64,000 nt of DNA from Methanomassiliicoccaceae archaeon (GCA_040776945.1 JAXGZN010000002.1:192001-256000), one strand, 5' to 3'; counted from the stretch's first letter, positions 51,182 to 61,886 are shown. Made by a program: numbers and translations. Notes: a model not told the origin generated them from the sequence alone.

Positions 51182-52363
51182 TCAAGCCGCGCCCCTCCCA
51201 AGCTCAAGATATGAGCGCAGGTAGCTTTCTGGACTGTGGTATCTTTCGTAGCGTTCCAGGGCGTTGCGGGACATCCTTACCTGCAGCTTGGAGCTTTCCA
51301 GGTCCAGCATGGCCTCCCCTATCGCCTCCGGGGACGTGTCGACCACCAGGCCGCATTCGCCGGCCACAAGGTCCGGCAGGCCTCCGTTGCCGGAGACGAT
51401 CAGCGGAGTGCCGACCGATAGCGCCTCTATGCAAGAGAGCGGGGAGTTCTCCCGGCATACCGATGGTGCGACCAGAGCGATAGCGGTGGCGACCTCCTCC
51501 AGCACCTCCTTCCGAGAGAGGAACCCCAGTCCACGGACCCGGCCACCAGTGCGCTTCGATGCCGCTCTAAGCTCAGGTTCCAGACTGCCGCTTCCTAGAA
51601 CGTGGAGCTCGGCCTTGACCCCGCTCTTTTCGTACCCCTGCAGCAGCAGATCGAGCCCTTTATGCCTTTCCAGCACTCCTACGAAGACGAAGTGCGGCAC
51701 AGCGCCCCTCCTCTCTACGGTTCCCGGCGAGGGCACGAAGTTCGGAAGAACCACCGAGGCCAGAGAGGCCCGCTCCCGCAGGAACCTGGCCATGTACTCA
51801 GAGGGGGCGATGATGCGGTCGATGCCGCCGAGCCTTTTCCTGAAGCCGCTCCCGCGCCACAGCTGGGGCGGGCGGCCGGTGCGCAGGGAGCAGGTGAAGC
51901 ACCTGCTCTCGCCACAGGCGTCCCTTCCCAAATAGGACAGGTCGCTGCGCGGGCATACCGCCCAATGGTCGTGCGCGGTGTACAGCTGCGGGGGCCCGAG
52001 GGGCTCCAGCACACCTTGCCCAAGAAGCGAGATGTTATGATGGTGCACCCATGACGGACCGACCTCGTCCACGACCCTGGACACCATGCGCTCGGCTGCC
52101 CGGGAGCGGCCGGTCATGTAGGCGAGCCGCGAGGAGGACGCTCCAAGGGAGGTGTTGATCTCATGGACGGTCACGTCGGACGATATCGGTGCCGGACGCT
52201 TGCCCTTGGCCTTGAGCGCGAACGCGTCCCGGCTGTGGACCACATGGACCTCGTGTCCGCGCCTCACCAGCTCCTCGGCGAGATACCTCACGTGGACCGC
52301 GTCCCCGCCCAGATGATAGGGGGGGTAGAAGGTCGAGGTCATCACAACTCGTTCTGTTTCCAT
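51182..52363 (-). CDS. GT4 glycosyltransferase with Cys-rich insert
   Basis: YPP..GG, HKG and ENSPLSCIEA; insert CPR...C...C..C. Confidence 0.85.
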   Translation of the reverse strand: METERVVMTSTFYPPYHLGGDAVHVRYLAEELVRRGHEVHVVHSRDAFALKAKGKRPAPISSDVTVHEINTSLGASSSRLAYMTGRSRAAERMVSRVVDEVGPSWVHHHNISLLGQGVLEPLGPPQLYTAHDHWAVCPRSDLSYLGRDACGESRCFTCSLRTGRPPQLWRGSGFRKRLGGIDRIIAPSEYMARFLRERASLASVVLPNFVPSPGTVERRGAVPHFVFVGVLERHKGLDLLLQGYEKSGVKAELHVLGSGSLEPELRAASKRTGGRVRGLGFLSRKEVLEEVATAIALVAPSVCRENSPLSCIEALSVGTPLIVSGNGGLPDLVAGECGLVVDTSPEAIGEAMLDLESSKLQVRMSRNALERYERYHSPESYLRSYLELGRGAA

Positions 52364-52370
52364 GTTCTAC

Positions 52371-53813
52371 CTAGTGAGCGTCTCTCATCCCGTGGAAGAC
52401 GTAGTTGTTGGTGATCTTCATCGCATACCTTGTCGCAAGGTATAGGTCCGACGGTTCCCGGAGCAAGTGCTTCACGTTCGACAGCCACCATCTCCCAGAG
52501 GTGTACAGCGCCTTGTACGCCATTTTCCTGGCCTTGTCCAGGTCCTCCGGGGTCATCTTCTCCGTGCCGACCACGGAGGCGTGCTGGTACATCTTGCGGA
52601 AATCAGGCTCCTCCAGTCCGGTGACCCCATAGATCTGCTCATGGAGCCTCGTTCCAGGATAAGGCACCGCGACGTTGAACTGGGCCGAGGTCGGCAGCGT
52701 CTCACGCACGAACCCCAGCGTCTCCTGGACGCTGTCCCAGTCCTCGCCCGGCAGGCCGAATATGAACGAGCAAAGGACCTTAAGGCGCACGGCCTTCGCG
52801 GCCAGCACGGCCTCCTTGGCCTGCTCCACGGTCACGTGCTTCTCCACCGAATCCAGGATGCGCTGGCTTCCGGACTCTATGCCAAAGGAGATGCCTCGGC
52901 ACCCGGCCTTGCGCATGAGCGCCAACAGCTCCTTGTCTGCCAGATGGGCGCGGGTATTGCAGTACCACTTGACCTTGAGATCCTCTTCTATGAGGCTGCG
53001 GCAGATATCCTCCACCCGCTTGCGGTTGAACGTGAACGTCTCGTCGAAGAACGACGCCGTCCTCAGACCGAAGCGCTCCTTGAGATATCGCAGCTCCTCG
53101 AGGATGTGCGGCGCGGTCCTCATCTTCCAGGGAGTGCCGGCCACGGTGCAGAAGGAGCACTTGTAGGGGCAGCCCTTGCTGGTGTAAAGGATGGTGAACG
53201 GGCGGCCGGCGGGCGCGGTGACGTAATACGGCTTTAGGTCCGGCAGCAGGTCGAAGGCAGGGATCGGCATCAGGTCATAGTCCTTCAGGGGAACAGGCTT
53301 TCCCGTGGTCCTGATGTCATCGTTCGCCCGGAATGCGATGCCGGCCACACCGTCCAGGGAGCTTCCGCTCGAGAGCGCGTCGATGAGCGCCGGAGCCACG
53401 ACCTCGTAGTCCTGCCTGATGTAGATGTCCAGATCTGGGGCCTCGGTCAGCACCTGCCTGGGCATGGTATGGAGCGTCCAGCAGATGCCTGCGGTGGTGA
53501 TGCTCTTGTCCACCTCCTTCACCGTGGACGCGGCCTTTTGGTCCCAGTCGAAGGTGGTAGGCGTGAACCGATACACCGCGGCGTCCGGTCGGAACCTGCG
53601 CACCTCGCTCTCCAGGTCGCCGTAGCTCTGGTCCCTTCCATTGAGGTCCAACAGCGAGACCTGGTGGCCGGCCTGGCGCAGCAGGGCCGCGGTCTGCAGC
53701 AGGGAGTACGGCTCCAGGACCGAGTAGCGCTCCGTTATCTCGCATCGCTCTTCACGTATGACCGGTATGCCCTCGAACCGAGGAGGGTTGATGAGAAGGA
53801 CCTTCAATGCCAT
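52371..53813 (-). CDS. Cobalamin-binding radical SAM protein
   Basis: KVLLINPP N-terminal B12-domain pattern, CPYKCSFC, GIESG and FIFGLPGE; ATG at 53813. Confidence 0.88.
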   Translation of the reverse strand: MALKVLLINPPRFEGIPVIREERCEITERYSVLEPYSLLQTAALLRQAGHQVSLLDLNGRDQSYGDLESEVRRFRPDAAVYRFTPTTFDWDQKAASTVKEVDKSITTAGICWTLHTMPRQVLTEAPDLDIYIRQDYEVVAPALIDALSSGSSLDGVAGIAFRANDDIRTTGKPVPLKDYDLMPIPAFDLLPDLKPYYVTAPAGRPFTILYTSKGCPYKCSFCTVAGTPWKMRTAPHILEELRYLKERFGLRTASFFDETFTFNRKRVEDICRSLIEEDLKVKWYCNTRAHLADKELLALMRKAGCRGISFGIESGSQRILDSVEKHVTVEQAKEAVLAAKAVRLKVLCSFIFGLPGEDWDSVQETLGFVRETLPTSAQFNVAVPYPGTRLHEQIYGVTGLEEPDFRKMYQHASVVGTEKMTPEDLDKARKMAYKALYTSGRWWLSNVKHLLREPSDLYLATRYAMKITNNYVFHGMRDAH

Positions 53814-54991
53814 CCGTCCACCGTCTGCCTGTAAACTTCGGCGGTGCGCTGGGCCATCACCCGGGCGCTGAACTCCTCCAGCACCCGGTCCCTGGCGCGC
53901 ATGCACAGCGACCTCGCCAGCCTGTGGTCGCCGAGGACGGTATTAAGGCTTTCTGCCAAAATCTCAGCGCTCTTGGGGGGAACGAGCATCCCGGTCGATC
54001 CGTGATCGATCATCTCCGGCACCCCGCCCACGCTGCTGGCGATGACCGGTGTGCCCGAGGCCATGGACTCCAGGAGGGTCATGGGAAAGCTCTCCGAGTA
54101 GGAGGGAAGGATGAACGCAGAGGCCAGAGGATACAGGTATGGCATCTGATGGTATGGCACCGGCCCGATGAACCTGCACCTGTCCTGCGGGAGGCCGAGG
54201 TCCAAGGCCATCGCCTTCCATTGCTCGGTGTTGCCGGTGCCGGCGAAGACGAATGTGGGCCTGAGCGCCGGATCGACCAGCGTGGCGGCCTTCAGCGCGG
54301 TGGAGATGCCCTTGAGCGCGATCATGCGTCCCGAGAACAAAACTATGTTCTCCGCGCCCCGAAGGTCCGGGAACCGTTCCAGGCATTCGTCCACGCCCTT
54401 GGGAGAGAACATGGCGGTGTCGATCCCATTGTGGATGACCTTGGAAGGACAGGTCGCCCCGAGCTTCTCCTGGCACCACTCGCGGATGAAGTCGGAGACG
54501 TATATCAGCGAGGTGCAGCGCTTCATGTACACCCGCTCGAGGGCCTTCAGGAGCGGGAGGAGGAGCAAGGTCATCCGCTCCGAGTTCTCCAGCTTGTTGA
54601 GGGGGAGGTCAGCCTCCCGGGTGCCCATGCGCTGCGACCCGATGGTGCTGTGCACGGTGGTCACGGACGGCACCTTCTCGCCGAGCACCTTGAACATGAT
54701 GTCCGCCATCTGCGCGTGGTTGGCGTGCATGAGGTCGAAATCGTACGCATCGTTCAGCTGGGCGAAGGAGCGCCAGAGGGAGATCTGGAACTGGTTGTTG
54801 TACATGAAGGTGTCCTTGGCGGTGCCCAGGGCATGCACGGTGATGTTGTCCGCCCTTGGGACCTGTCCCTCCTTGCCCAAGCAGATGACGTGGACATCGT
54901 GGTCGGGCGACAGGTTCTTGGCAAGTTGGACCGCATAGCTGCCGATGCCGCCCCAGCTAAGGAACTCTGGGGTTACCATGGCCACTCGCAT
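53804..54991 (-). CDS. GT4 glycosyltransferase
   Basis: WGGI, IHNGID, KG and ESFPMTLLESMA. Confidence 0.88.
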   Translation of the reverse strand: MRVAMVTPEFLSWGGIGSYAVQLAKNLSPDHDVHVICLGKEGQVPRADNITVHALGTAKDTFMYNNQFQISLWRSFAQLNDAYDFDLMHANHAQMADIMFKVLGEKVPSVTTVHSTIGSQRMGTREADLPLNKLENSERMTLLLLPLLKALERVYMKRCTSLIYVSDFIREWCQEKLGATCPSKVIHNGIDTAMFSPKGVDECLERFPDLRGAENIVLFSGRMIALKGISTALKAATLVDPALRPTFVFAGTGNTEQWKAMALDLGLPQDRCRFIGPVPYHQMPYLYPLASAFILPSYSESFPMTLLESMASGTPVIASSVGGVPEMIDHGSTGMLVPPKSAEILAESLNTVLGDHRLARSLCMRARDRVLEEFSARVMAQRTAEVYRQTVDGWH

Positions 54992-54998
54992 GGGCCCC

Positions 54999-55844
54999 TC
55001 AGATGCGTTGGGCGGACAAGCGCGGAACGGCGGCGTCCGCCCGCTTGGCCACTTTCATATCGAACTCGCCTGCGGCGCTCCAGAAGCGCCTCTCCACCAG
55101 CTTGGTCAGGATGGTCACTCCCGCTTTCAGGGGGACCAGTTTGGTCTCGCCGGCCCGGGGCAGGTAGTTGATCGGTATCTCCTCCAGCCTCAGCCCTTTC
55201 TTGACCGTCTCAGCGAACATCTCCGCCTCCAGCTCGAAATGCTTGGAATCGAGCTCCAGGGTGCGTACGGCGTGAGAGCTGAAGCCCCACATGCCGGTGC
55301 ACAGGTCGGTGCATGGATGCTGATAGAGCAGGGTCGCGATATCGCTCAGCACGATGTTCCCGAAGTGGTTGAGAGGCGTCATCGCTCCCTCGGCAATGCT
55401 GCCCTTGAAGCGGGAGCCCATAACCACGTCCGCGCCGGCCTCGAGGGCCGCTATCACATCAGGCATATATCGCGGAGGATATGTCCCGTCAGCGTCGATC
55501 ATGATGAGGTATTTGGCGTCCAACATGGATGCCAGGTCGGAGAACTTGGCGCACAGGCCGCCGGTGAGGGCGAGCACTTTCGGCACCACCTCGCGGGGAT
55601 CGCACAGCGCCATGGCTTGGCGGACCCCCAGTCCCTTGCCCCTCCCCTTCTGTACAAGAACGTAGGCACCTTTCTCACGAGCTATCGCCAGGGTCCGGTC
55701 CGTCGACTGACCGTCGACGACGATGACACGGACCTCATATCCCATGCTCATGAGCTCCTTGCGAGGTATGTCATCGATGACCTTTCCTATGCTGCGCTCC
55801 TCGTTGAGCGCTGGAATCATTACTACTATTTTGTTCGCGGTCAC
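54999..55844 (-). CDS. GT2 glycosyltransferase, dolichol-phosphate sugar synthase-like
   Basis: PALNEE, VDGQSTD, DADGTY and GSR. Confidence 0.85.
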   Translation of the reverse strand: MTANKIVVMIPALNEERSIGKVIDDIPRKELMSMGYEVRVIVVDGQSTDRTLAIAREKGAYVLVQKGRGKGLGVRQAMALCDPREVVPKVLALTGGLCAKFSDLASMLDAKYLIMIDADGTYPPRYMPDVIAALEAGADVVMGSRFKGSIAEGAMTPLNHFGNIVLSDIATLLYQHPCTDLCTGMWGFSSHAVRTLELDSKHFELEAEMFAETVKKGLRLEEIPINYLPRAGETKLVPLKAGVTILTKLVERRFWSAAGEFDMKVAKRADAAVPRLSAQRI

Positions 55845-56032
55845 ACTTTCATCCCCGTATACGCAGTGCTATCTCTAATACTATCGGTTTCGATACCATT
55901 CAGTCTATCTGCTATGCTCGCCCCTATCGCTACTTTTATAGTAGCCCCAACAGTTTTTATTCGCGCGGAGGATTTATTTGTCATAGGGCATATATAAATG
56001 TTTGTTTTTTACCCGGCCTGGCCTCGTCCGAA

Positions 56033-56725
56033 TCAAGTGATATCCCTACCCATAATGATACTGTCGGACAGCTTGTGCCCGGTTCGTCCGACGCTCTTGC
56101 TCAGAAGAACAACGGACACCAGGAAGATCGCCATGAAGCAGGCCAACAGCATCGACCGGTAGCCTCCCAGGCCTGGACCCTGAGAGACGATGATGAAGTA
56201 CGCCCCCTCAAGGCCAGTGATGGCCATTGCCGGCAGGGCGGTGAGGAGCAGCCCCCTCCTCTCCCTAGCACTATAGGAGGCCACAGAGGTAATGGACCTC
56301 CACGGCCTGAGCGCCACCGTGATGATCACGGCGGCAATGGTGAAGAACACCACCTCCATGCGGATGTCGAAGGCGCTATTGAACTCGTTCACCTGGAACC
56401 ACTCCAGGGACCACGGGTAGAACGGCGCGATGGACCCTATGTACGCATCCCCCAGCAGGTGGCCGCCAGCGGCGGCGGCGGCCAACAGGAGCAATGCCGG
56501 CCGCGGTCGGCTCAGCGCCACGAGCGGAATGAAGACCATCAGCAGCATCGCTCCCAGGCCGACGAGGGAATGCGACAGGTACCTCAACGGGCCCAGATGG
56601 AGAAAGTCCGGCAACAGGGAGAAGAACATCACGTAGGACAGGGCCAGCGCCCTCTCCCTTTTCAAGTGGACGATGAGAGGCAGACAGATGAGGAACGAGA
56701 AGGCCATATGGCCAGGTAACCACAC
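56033..56725 (-). CDS. Membrane-bound metal-dependent hydrolase (YbcI/YdjM-like)
   Basis: GH, LLPD, SHS, HLLGD and FYP motifs. Confidence 0.7.
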   Translation of the reverse strand: MWLPGHMAFSFLICLPLIVHLKRERALALSYVMFFSLLPDFLHLGPLRYLSHSLVGLGAMLLMVFIPLVALSRPRPALLLLAAAAAGGHLLGDAYIGSIAPFYPWSLEWFQVNEFNSAFDIRMEVVFFTIAAVIITVALRPWRSITSVASYSARERRGLLLTALPAMAITGLEGAYFIIVSQGPGLGGYRSMLLACFMAIFLVSVVLLSKSVGRTGHKLSDSIIMGRDIT

Positions 56726-56921
56726 GATCGCACCTTTACCGGGCCGAACCGCCCGGCGGGGTGCCTATGGTCCGGCATGGCATTTCAAGCTTTCCCCATT
56801 TTGTGTACGATCGGGACGTGGACCAGGCCCGATGTCGCCCTTTTTCCACTTTCTCGAAGAAGGTAGTTATATATGGGCTATGTTTGGATAGTGCCGGCAA
56901 TCCGCCGGACGAGGCCGCAAG

Positions 56922-58589
56922 ATGAGCAAGGATGAGGGGAGGGTCCGACCGTCGTTCCTTTACGTATTGAGCTTTCTAGGCATGGCCATCTGCCTGTTCT
57001 CCTCCATGGGGTTCGACATCGAGGCCGTCCCTCTGGGAACGCCCTTCGGGTTCTTCGGCCTTCTGCCCTTCTCATACTGGGTAGGGATACTGTTCCTGAC
57101 GATCTCCATGGGCATCGGTCTGCGTACAGGCTCGGAAACGGCGTTCTTCGTGCAGACGGCCCTGCTCTTCGTGGCGCTGTGGGGCGCCCCGGCCATGTTC
57201 TCAAAGTATCCCACGGTATGGGACTCCTACGTCCACTACAGCTCCTCGCTGGAGCTGGTGCGCAACGGCTTCATACCCAACAATGACGTCAACTCCTACG
57301 CGTTCAACTATCCGGGGTTCTTCGTCCTCGGTGCGTCCTATGTGCTGCTGGGCGCCCCCGACCCCCTGGTCTTCCTCAGGCTGTACCCGGTCTTCGCGGC
57401 GGTCATGACCCTTGCGGCCCTATACCTCTTCGCCCGGACCTATGTGCCGAAGCTCGACTATCGGCTGGCCTTGATCTTCTCCGCGTTCGCCAATGTGTGG
57501 CTGCAGTTCAACTACTCTCCTCAGTCCATGGGCCTGGTGGCCGGCCTGCTGATATTCGTGTGCCTTGAGCGGGAGGGAAAGGAGTGGCTGTACTCGGCCA
57601 TGTTCCTCTTCGCGTACGTGGTCATATCGCACCCCACGACCCTGATCTTCGTCCTTGGCGCGATCGCCTTAAAGGAGGTGGTCGCGAGGGTCATCCGGGT
57701 GGCGGTGGCCAGAAGGCACCCCATAAAGTGGGGCCGGCCTTGGCCGGTGGGCGTGTTCATCCTTATATGGCTGGGATGGTTCTTCACCGGGGCATCGTCC
57801 TTCTCCCTCAACCTGGTGGAGTTCATCACCAGCCGCCTGGGCGCGCTCATGAACATCAACGAGGGCATCCAGCAGCAGATCGCCATGCGGACGACCCCGG
57901 AGAACATCCTCGGAACGCTGTACCCCCAGCTGCGGACGGGAATGATGGCGGCGTTCGCCGCCTTGACGCTGATCGCCTTACTGGCGTATTTGATAAAGCG
58001 GAGGAAAGGCCCGGTCAACATGCCGAGCAACATATTGGCCCTGTTCCTTATAGCGCTGGGGATCATCCCGTTGGACATCGTGTTCTTCAACGGCCAACTG
58101 TACGACCGGGGGATCATGTACATCGTGCTGGTCGCGCCCATTGTGTTCGTCCCCCTGCTCATGGGCAAGGGGCGCCGCTTCGCGCGCCCGGTCCTGGGGC
58201 TGCTGGTGGCCTTGGTGGTGGTCGCAGGGGCCTCCACCATGTTCTATCAGGAGGCGCTGTACGTGACCAACGACCGAGGCATCAAGGCCGCGGACTACCT
58301 GTCCAAGCTCGATCCGAAGTGGGTCGCCGGAGGGTTCTATCCCATCGACGTGTGGAGCGAGCGCGGGGAGAGCTATGACCGGGTCAGGATGATCTCCCTG
58401 TGGAACCAAAGCCCGGAGCTTGTGGTGTCATGGATGGGGAGCGGGGTGTTCTTGTTCGACGATACCACTCAGATGTGGTATCGGCAATGGGGGATCCAAG
58501 AGGTCTACACGTACTACTCGAGCACCGCGCCGGGACATTATAGAGTATATGATAACGGGATGTACTGGGCGATGTACGTGGCGAGGTGA
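56922..58589 (+). CDS. Multi-TM membrane protein, GT-C/DUF2206-like
   Basis: WDSYVH, YPGF, SPQS and SHP; more than ten TM segments. Confidence 0.65.
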   Translation: MSKDEGRVRPSFLYVLSFLGMAICLFSSMGFDIEAVPLGTPFGFFGLLPFSYWVGILFLTISMGIGLRTGSETAFFVQTALLFVALWGAPAMFSKYPTVWDSYVHYSSSLELVRNGFIPNNDVNSYAFNYPGFFVLGASYVLLGAPDPLVFLRLYPVFAAVMTLAALYLFARTYVPKLDYRLALIFSAFANVWLQFNYSPQSMGLVAGLLIFVCLEREGKEWLYSAMFLFAYVVISHPTTLIFVLGAIALKEVVARVIRVAVARRHPIKWGRPWPVGVFILIWLGWFFTGASSFSLNLVEFITSRLGALMNINEGIQQQIAMRTTPENILGTLYPQLRTGMMAAFAALTLIALLAYLIKRRKGPVNMPSNILALFLIALGIIPLDIVFFNGQLYDRGIMYIVLVAPIVFVPLLMGKGRRFARPVLGLLVALVVVAGASTMFYQEALYVTNDRGIKAADYLSKLDPKWVAGGFYPIDVWSERGESYDRVRMISLWNQSPELVVSWMGSGVFLFDDTTQMWYRQWGIQEVYTYYSSTAPGHYRVYDNGMYWAMYVAR

Positions 58590-58593
58590 TCGG

Positions 58594-59784
58594 ATGAGGA
58601 TCGGACTGGTCAATCTGATAACCAAGACGGCCGACGTTCAGGCCGACGCGTCGGTGATGCGCACCCAGGGGCTCCGGCCGGGCACGGACGCCGACCTCAA
58701 CATAGTGGAGACGGGCAGGCGGCTGGTGAAGCGCGGCCATGAGGTCACCGTCTTCGTCTCCGACGCATACCGTCCGGAGCGGAGCGGGGACCTGGGAGGG
58801 GTCAAGGTAGAGTACATACCGACCCGCCTGCCGAGCGTGTTCCCGCCGTCCCTGGCCCCCCTGACCCCCTCGCTGCTCAGGGACATCCCGAGGATGAAGC
58901 TGGATGTGGTCCAGTCGGGAGAGGTGTTCCAGCCCGGAACGGTGCTCACCTGGTCCGCCTCCCGGGACGGCCCGCGCATGTTCATATGGCAGGAGCTGGA
59001 CATCTGCATGCAGGGCCCCCTCGGCTGGGTCCAGAGGCAGTTCTACCGCACCATGGGCAAGGCCGTGGTCCGCGGGTGCCGAAAGGTCATCCCCCGCTCC
59101 CGCTCGGCCGCCCGGCATCTATTGCAGGCAGGGGTTCCGGAGGCGCAGATCGCACCGGTGGTGCATTCCGGAGTGGATACGGCCACATACCGTCCGTTGC
59201 ACAAGGGCGACGCCAGGGCGCGCTTCGGCATCGACGAGGACCGCAACGTGCTGCTGTGCATCGGCCGCATGCACGAGAACAAGGGCATGGACCTGCTGGT
59301 CAGGGCGATGGCCCGGGTGAGGGTGAGCGACCCGGAGTGCCTGCTGGTGCTCAAGGGCACCGGCCCCCAGGAGAGGACGCTGCGCTCCTTGGTGAGGGAA
59401 CTGGACCTGGGGGAGAACGTAACAATCATGACCGAGCGCCTGGACCAGGGCGATATGGCCAAGCTGTACAACTGCGCGGACCTCCTGACGGTGGCGTCCC
59501 GCACCGACCTGTTCCCGTTCACCGCCATCGAGGCCATCGCCTGCGGGGTGCCGGTGGCCACCTCCTTCGCCCGCGGCCTGAAGAGCGACATCGTGGACCA
59601 GGGGGCGGGGGCGATGCTCTCTTCCGACCCCCAAAGAATGGCCGTCGACCTTCTGTGCCTGCTGGAGGACCCCGTGCGCCTGGACATCCTGGGCTCACGG
59701 GCCAGGGACCTTGCGCTGGAGGACTTCAGCTTTGACGTGGGGGCCGACCGGATGGTAAGCATATATTCCGAGGGGCTGGAATGA
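58594..59784 (+). CDS. GT4 glycosyltransferase
   Basis: GHEVTV, HSGVD, GRMHENKG and DLFPFTAIEA. Confidence 0.85.
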   Translation: MRIGLVNLITKTADVQADASVMRTQGLRPGTDADLNIVETGRRLVKRGHEVTVFVSDAYRPERSGDLGGVKVEYIPTRLPSVFPPSLAPLTPSLLRDIPRMKLDVVQSGEVFQPGTVLTWSASRDGPRMFIWQELDICMQGPLGWVQRQFYRTMGKAVVRGCRKVIPRSRSAARHLLQAGVPEAQIAPVVHSGVDTATYRPLHKGDARARFGIDEDRNVLLCIGRMHENKGMDLLVRAMARVRVSDPECLLVLKGTGPQERTLRSLVRELDLGENVTIMTERLDQGDMAKLYNCADLLTVASRTDLFPFTAIEAIACGVPVATSFARGLKSDIVDQGAGAMLSSDPQRMAVDLLCLLEDPVRLDILGSRARDLALEDFSFDVGADRMVSIYSEGLE

Positions 59785-60929
59785 GGATCGCGTTCATACC
59801 GAAGGTGGAGATCGACCCCGCGAACTCCGAGAGGACGCCCAAGCTGCTGTACCTGCTTTCGCTATGGTTCGATGTGCTGCCGATCGAGACCGGGGCGCTG
59901 GACCGCAAGGTCTTCGACCAATCCCGGAACCGCTTCGCCCGGTACGTCATGTTCGTACTTAACGAGATGTCGATAGCGTGGGCCGTGTTGCGCATGGGTA
60001 GGCGGGAGCGGGTGGACATCATCTTCGCCGAGGGCACCTATTACTCGCTGGCAGGGGGCCTCGCGGCCCGCGTCCTGGGGGTGCCGATGGTATGGGACAA
60101 CCATGGCAACATCAAGGACTTCGCCGCGACTCTGGGTAAGAGCCGGTTCTTCCTGTGGGGCAACCTGGCGCTGGAACGGGTCCTGGCGCGCTTGGCCAGC
60201 AAGGTCCTAGTGGTCTCCGGCAAGGAGATCGAGGCCTACCGTTCGCTCGGTTTCGACACCTCCAGGTTCGAGGTCCTGCCGACCTGCGCGGACATGTCCA
60301 TGGTCAGCTCCAGGCTCAGGACGAGGCAGGAGGCCAGGGAAGCTCTGGACATAGGCCCGGACGCCAAGATAGTCCTCTTCTTCGGCACCCTGAGATACTT
60401 GCCCAACCTCGATGCCGCCCAGTACATCTCGCGGGAGATGCACCCTTGGATAAAGGCCCAGGTGCCTGGCGTGGAAACGCTCATCGCCGGCAGCGGGAGC
60501 CTGGGAGACGACCCCCCCGCCGGAGTGCGTATGCTCGGCTTCGTGCCAGACCTGTACCTTTGGCTGTCCGCGGCGGACGTGTGCGTGGCGCCTATGTGGA
60601 AAGGGGTAGGCATACTCACCAAGGTCATCGACATGCTCTCGGCCGGCCGTGCCACGGTCGTGAGCCCGCTGGCCCTGGAGGGCATACCGGAGCTGGAGCA
60701 CGGGAAGAACTGCCTGGTGGGGAAGGACCGGGAGGATTTCGCCCGCCAGGTGGCGTCGCTGCTCGAGGACCCCGCGGAGGCCGAACGTCTGGGCATCAAG
60801 GGGCGAGAGCTGGTGGCCTCCCATTACTCCTGGGAAGAGGTGGCGCCCCGGTTGCGGGACATGATGACCGCGTTGGCGAGCGACCGACAAGTTCATAGCG
60901 ATAGCGCATCAATGGCTGAAGGAGGGTGA
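59781..60929 (+). CDS. GT4 glycosyltransferase
   Basis: FFGTLRYLPN, GFVPDL, GILTKV and YSWE. Confidence 0.85.
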   Translation: MRIAFIPKVEIDPANSERTPKLLYLLSLWFDVLPIETGALDRKVFDQSRNRFARYVMFVLNEMSIAWAVLRMGRRERVDIIFAEGTYYSLAGGLAARVLGVPMVWDNHGNIKDFAATLGKSRFFLWGNLALERVLARLASKVLVVSGKEIEAYRSLGFDTSRFEVLPTCADMSMVSSRLRTRQEAREALDIGPDAKIVLFFGTLRYLPNLDAAQYISREMHPWIKAQVPGVETLIAGSGSLGDDPPAGVRMLGFVPDLYLWLSAADVCVAPMWKGVGILTKVIDMLSAGRATVVSPLALEGIPELEHGKNCLVGKDREDFARQVASLLEDPAEAERLGIKGRELVASHYSWEEVAPRLRDMMTALASDRQVHSDSASMAEGG

Positions 60930-60936
60930 TGTTCTA

Positions 60937-61881
60937 GTGGCCGCTAGGTCGGGGAAAATTATCATAGGTCCGGGGAGGCCGTTCGACCTGATCATCGTTT
61001 GCCTCCTCGTGGTGGCCGCCCTCCTCCTTTCGCTGATGGACTGGGCAGGGCCGCTGAGATGGGGCATCGCGTTCCTGGCGGTCTTCTTCTGCCCGGGATA
61101 CGCGATAGTCTCGGCCCTTTTCCCCGGCCGCAAGGCCCTGCTGTCGCAGACCACCATAGTGCGGCGCGAGGAGCACTTGCTGGACATCGGTTTCCTGGAG
61201 AGGTTGGTCCTCGGCGTCGGCCTCTCCGCGGCCATCATGGCGCTGTCCGGGACCGTCCTGACCCGGGGCATACTGAACTTCGACGTCACGGTCGTGGCAG
61301 TGGAGACCGTTCTCATCACCTTCGTAGGCTCGACGATAGCCCTCGTGCGCCGGTCCAGCCTCCCCAGGGGTGACCAGTTCGCGGTCCTCGGCAGGGTGAA
61401 GCGGCGGATGCCCTACACCGCGGCGGAGATGGGCGTCGCGGTGATCATCATAGCCGCGATAATGGTGATGTCCGTGGTCTTGGTCAATGGCCTCAGCGCG
61501 AGGCCGGTCTCGGAGCCTTACTCCGAGTTCGGGGTCACCGGTACGGACGGCGACCTATCGCACATGCCCAGGGTGCTGGCGGTCAACCAGCCGGGGCTGA
61601 TCAAGGTGATTGTCATCTCCCACGCAGGCGAGACCCAGAGGTTCCAGCTCACCCTGGCGCTGGAGCGCGCGCCGGGGGCAGGCTCGGCCTTCACCCCATC
61701 TCAGCAGGTAGCTGTGTCGCCAGGCGCCCCGAGGTCCTTCACCTTCGATCTGGCCGACGGGGAGAGATGGGAGTCGAACATCGCCTTCACCATCCCGGTC
61801 AGCGGCGATAGGACCTTGTACCTGCTCCTGGACGACGGAAGGGAGGTGAAGCTGCTTTGGCTTCCCTTGACCATCGGATAG
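60937..61881 (+). CDS. DUF1616 domain membrane protein
   Basis: FCPGYAIVSALFP, ERLVLGVGLS, YSEF and LWL. Confidence 0.8.
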   Translation: MAARSGKIIIGPGRPFDLIIVCLLVVAALLLSLMDWAGPLRWGIAFLAVFFCPGYAIVSALFPGRKALLSQTTIVRREEHLLDIGFLERLVLGVGLSAAIMALSGTVLTRGILNFDVTVVAVETVLITFVGSTIALVRRSSLPRGDQFAVLGRVKRRMPYTAAEMGVAVIIIAAIMVMSVVLVNGLSARPVSEPYSEFGVTGTDGDLSHMPRVLAVNQPGLIKVIVISHAGETQRFQLTLALERAPGAGSAFTPSQQVAVSPGAPRSFTFDLADGERWESNIAFTIPVSGDRTLYLLLDDGREVKLLWLPLTIG

Positions 61882-61886
61882 GCGCG

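Noticed and set aside
55929-55945. GCTACT-N5-AGTAGC palindrome upstream of the GT operon
   Set aside because: Half-sites are in the opposite orientation to the 43833/43879 sites; a single short palindrome is weak evidence
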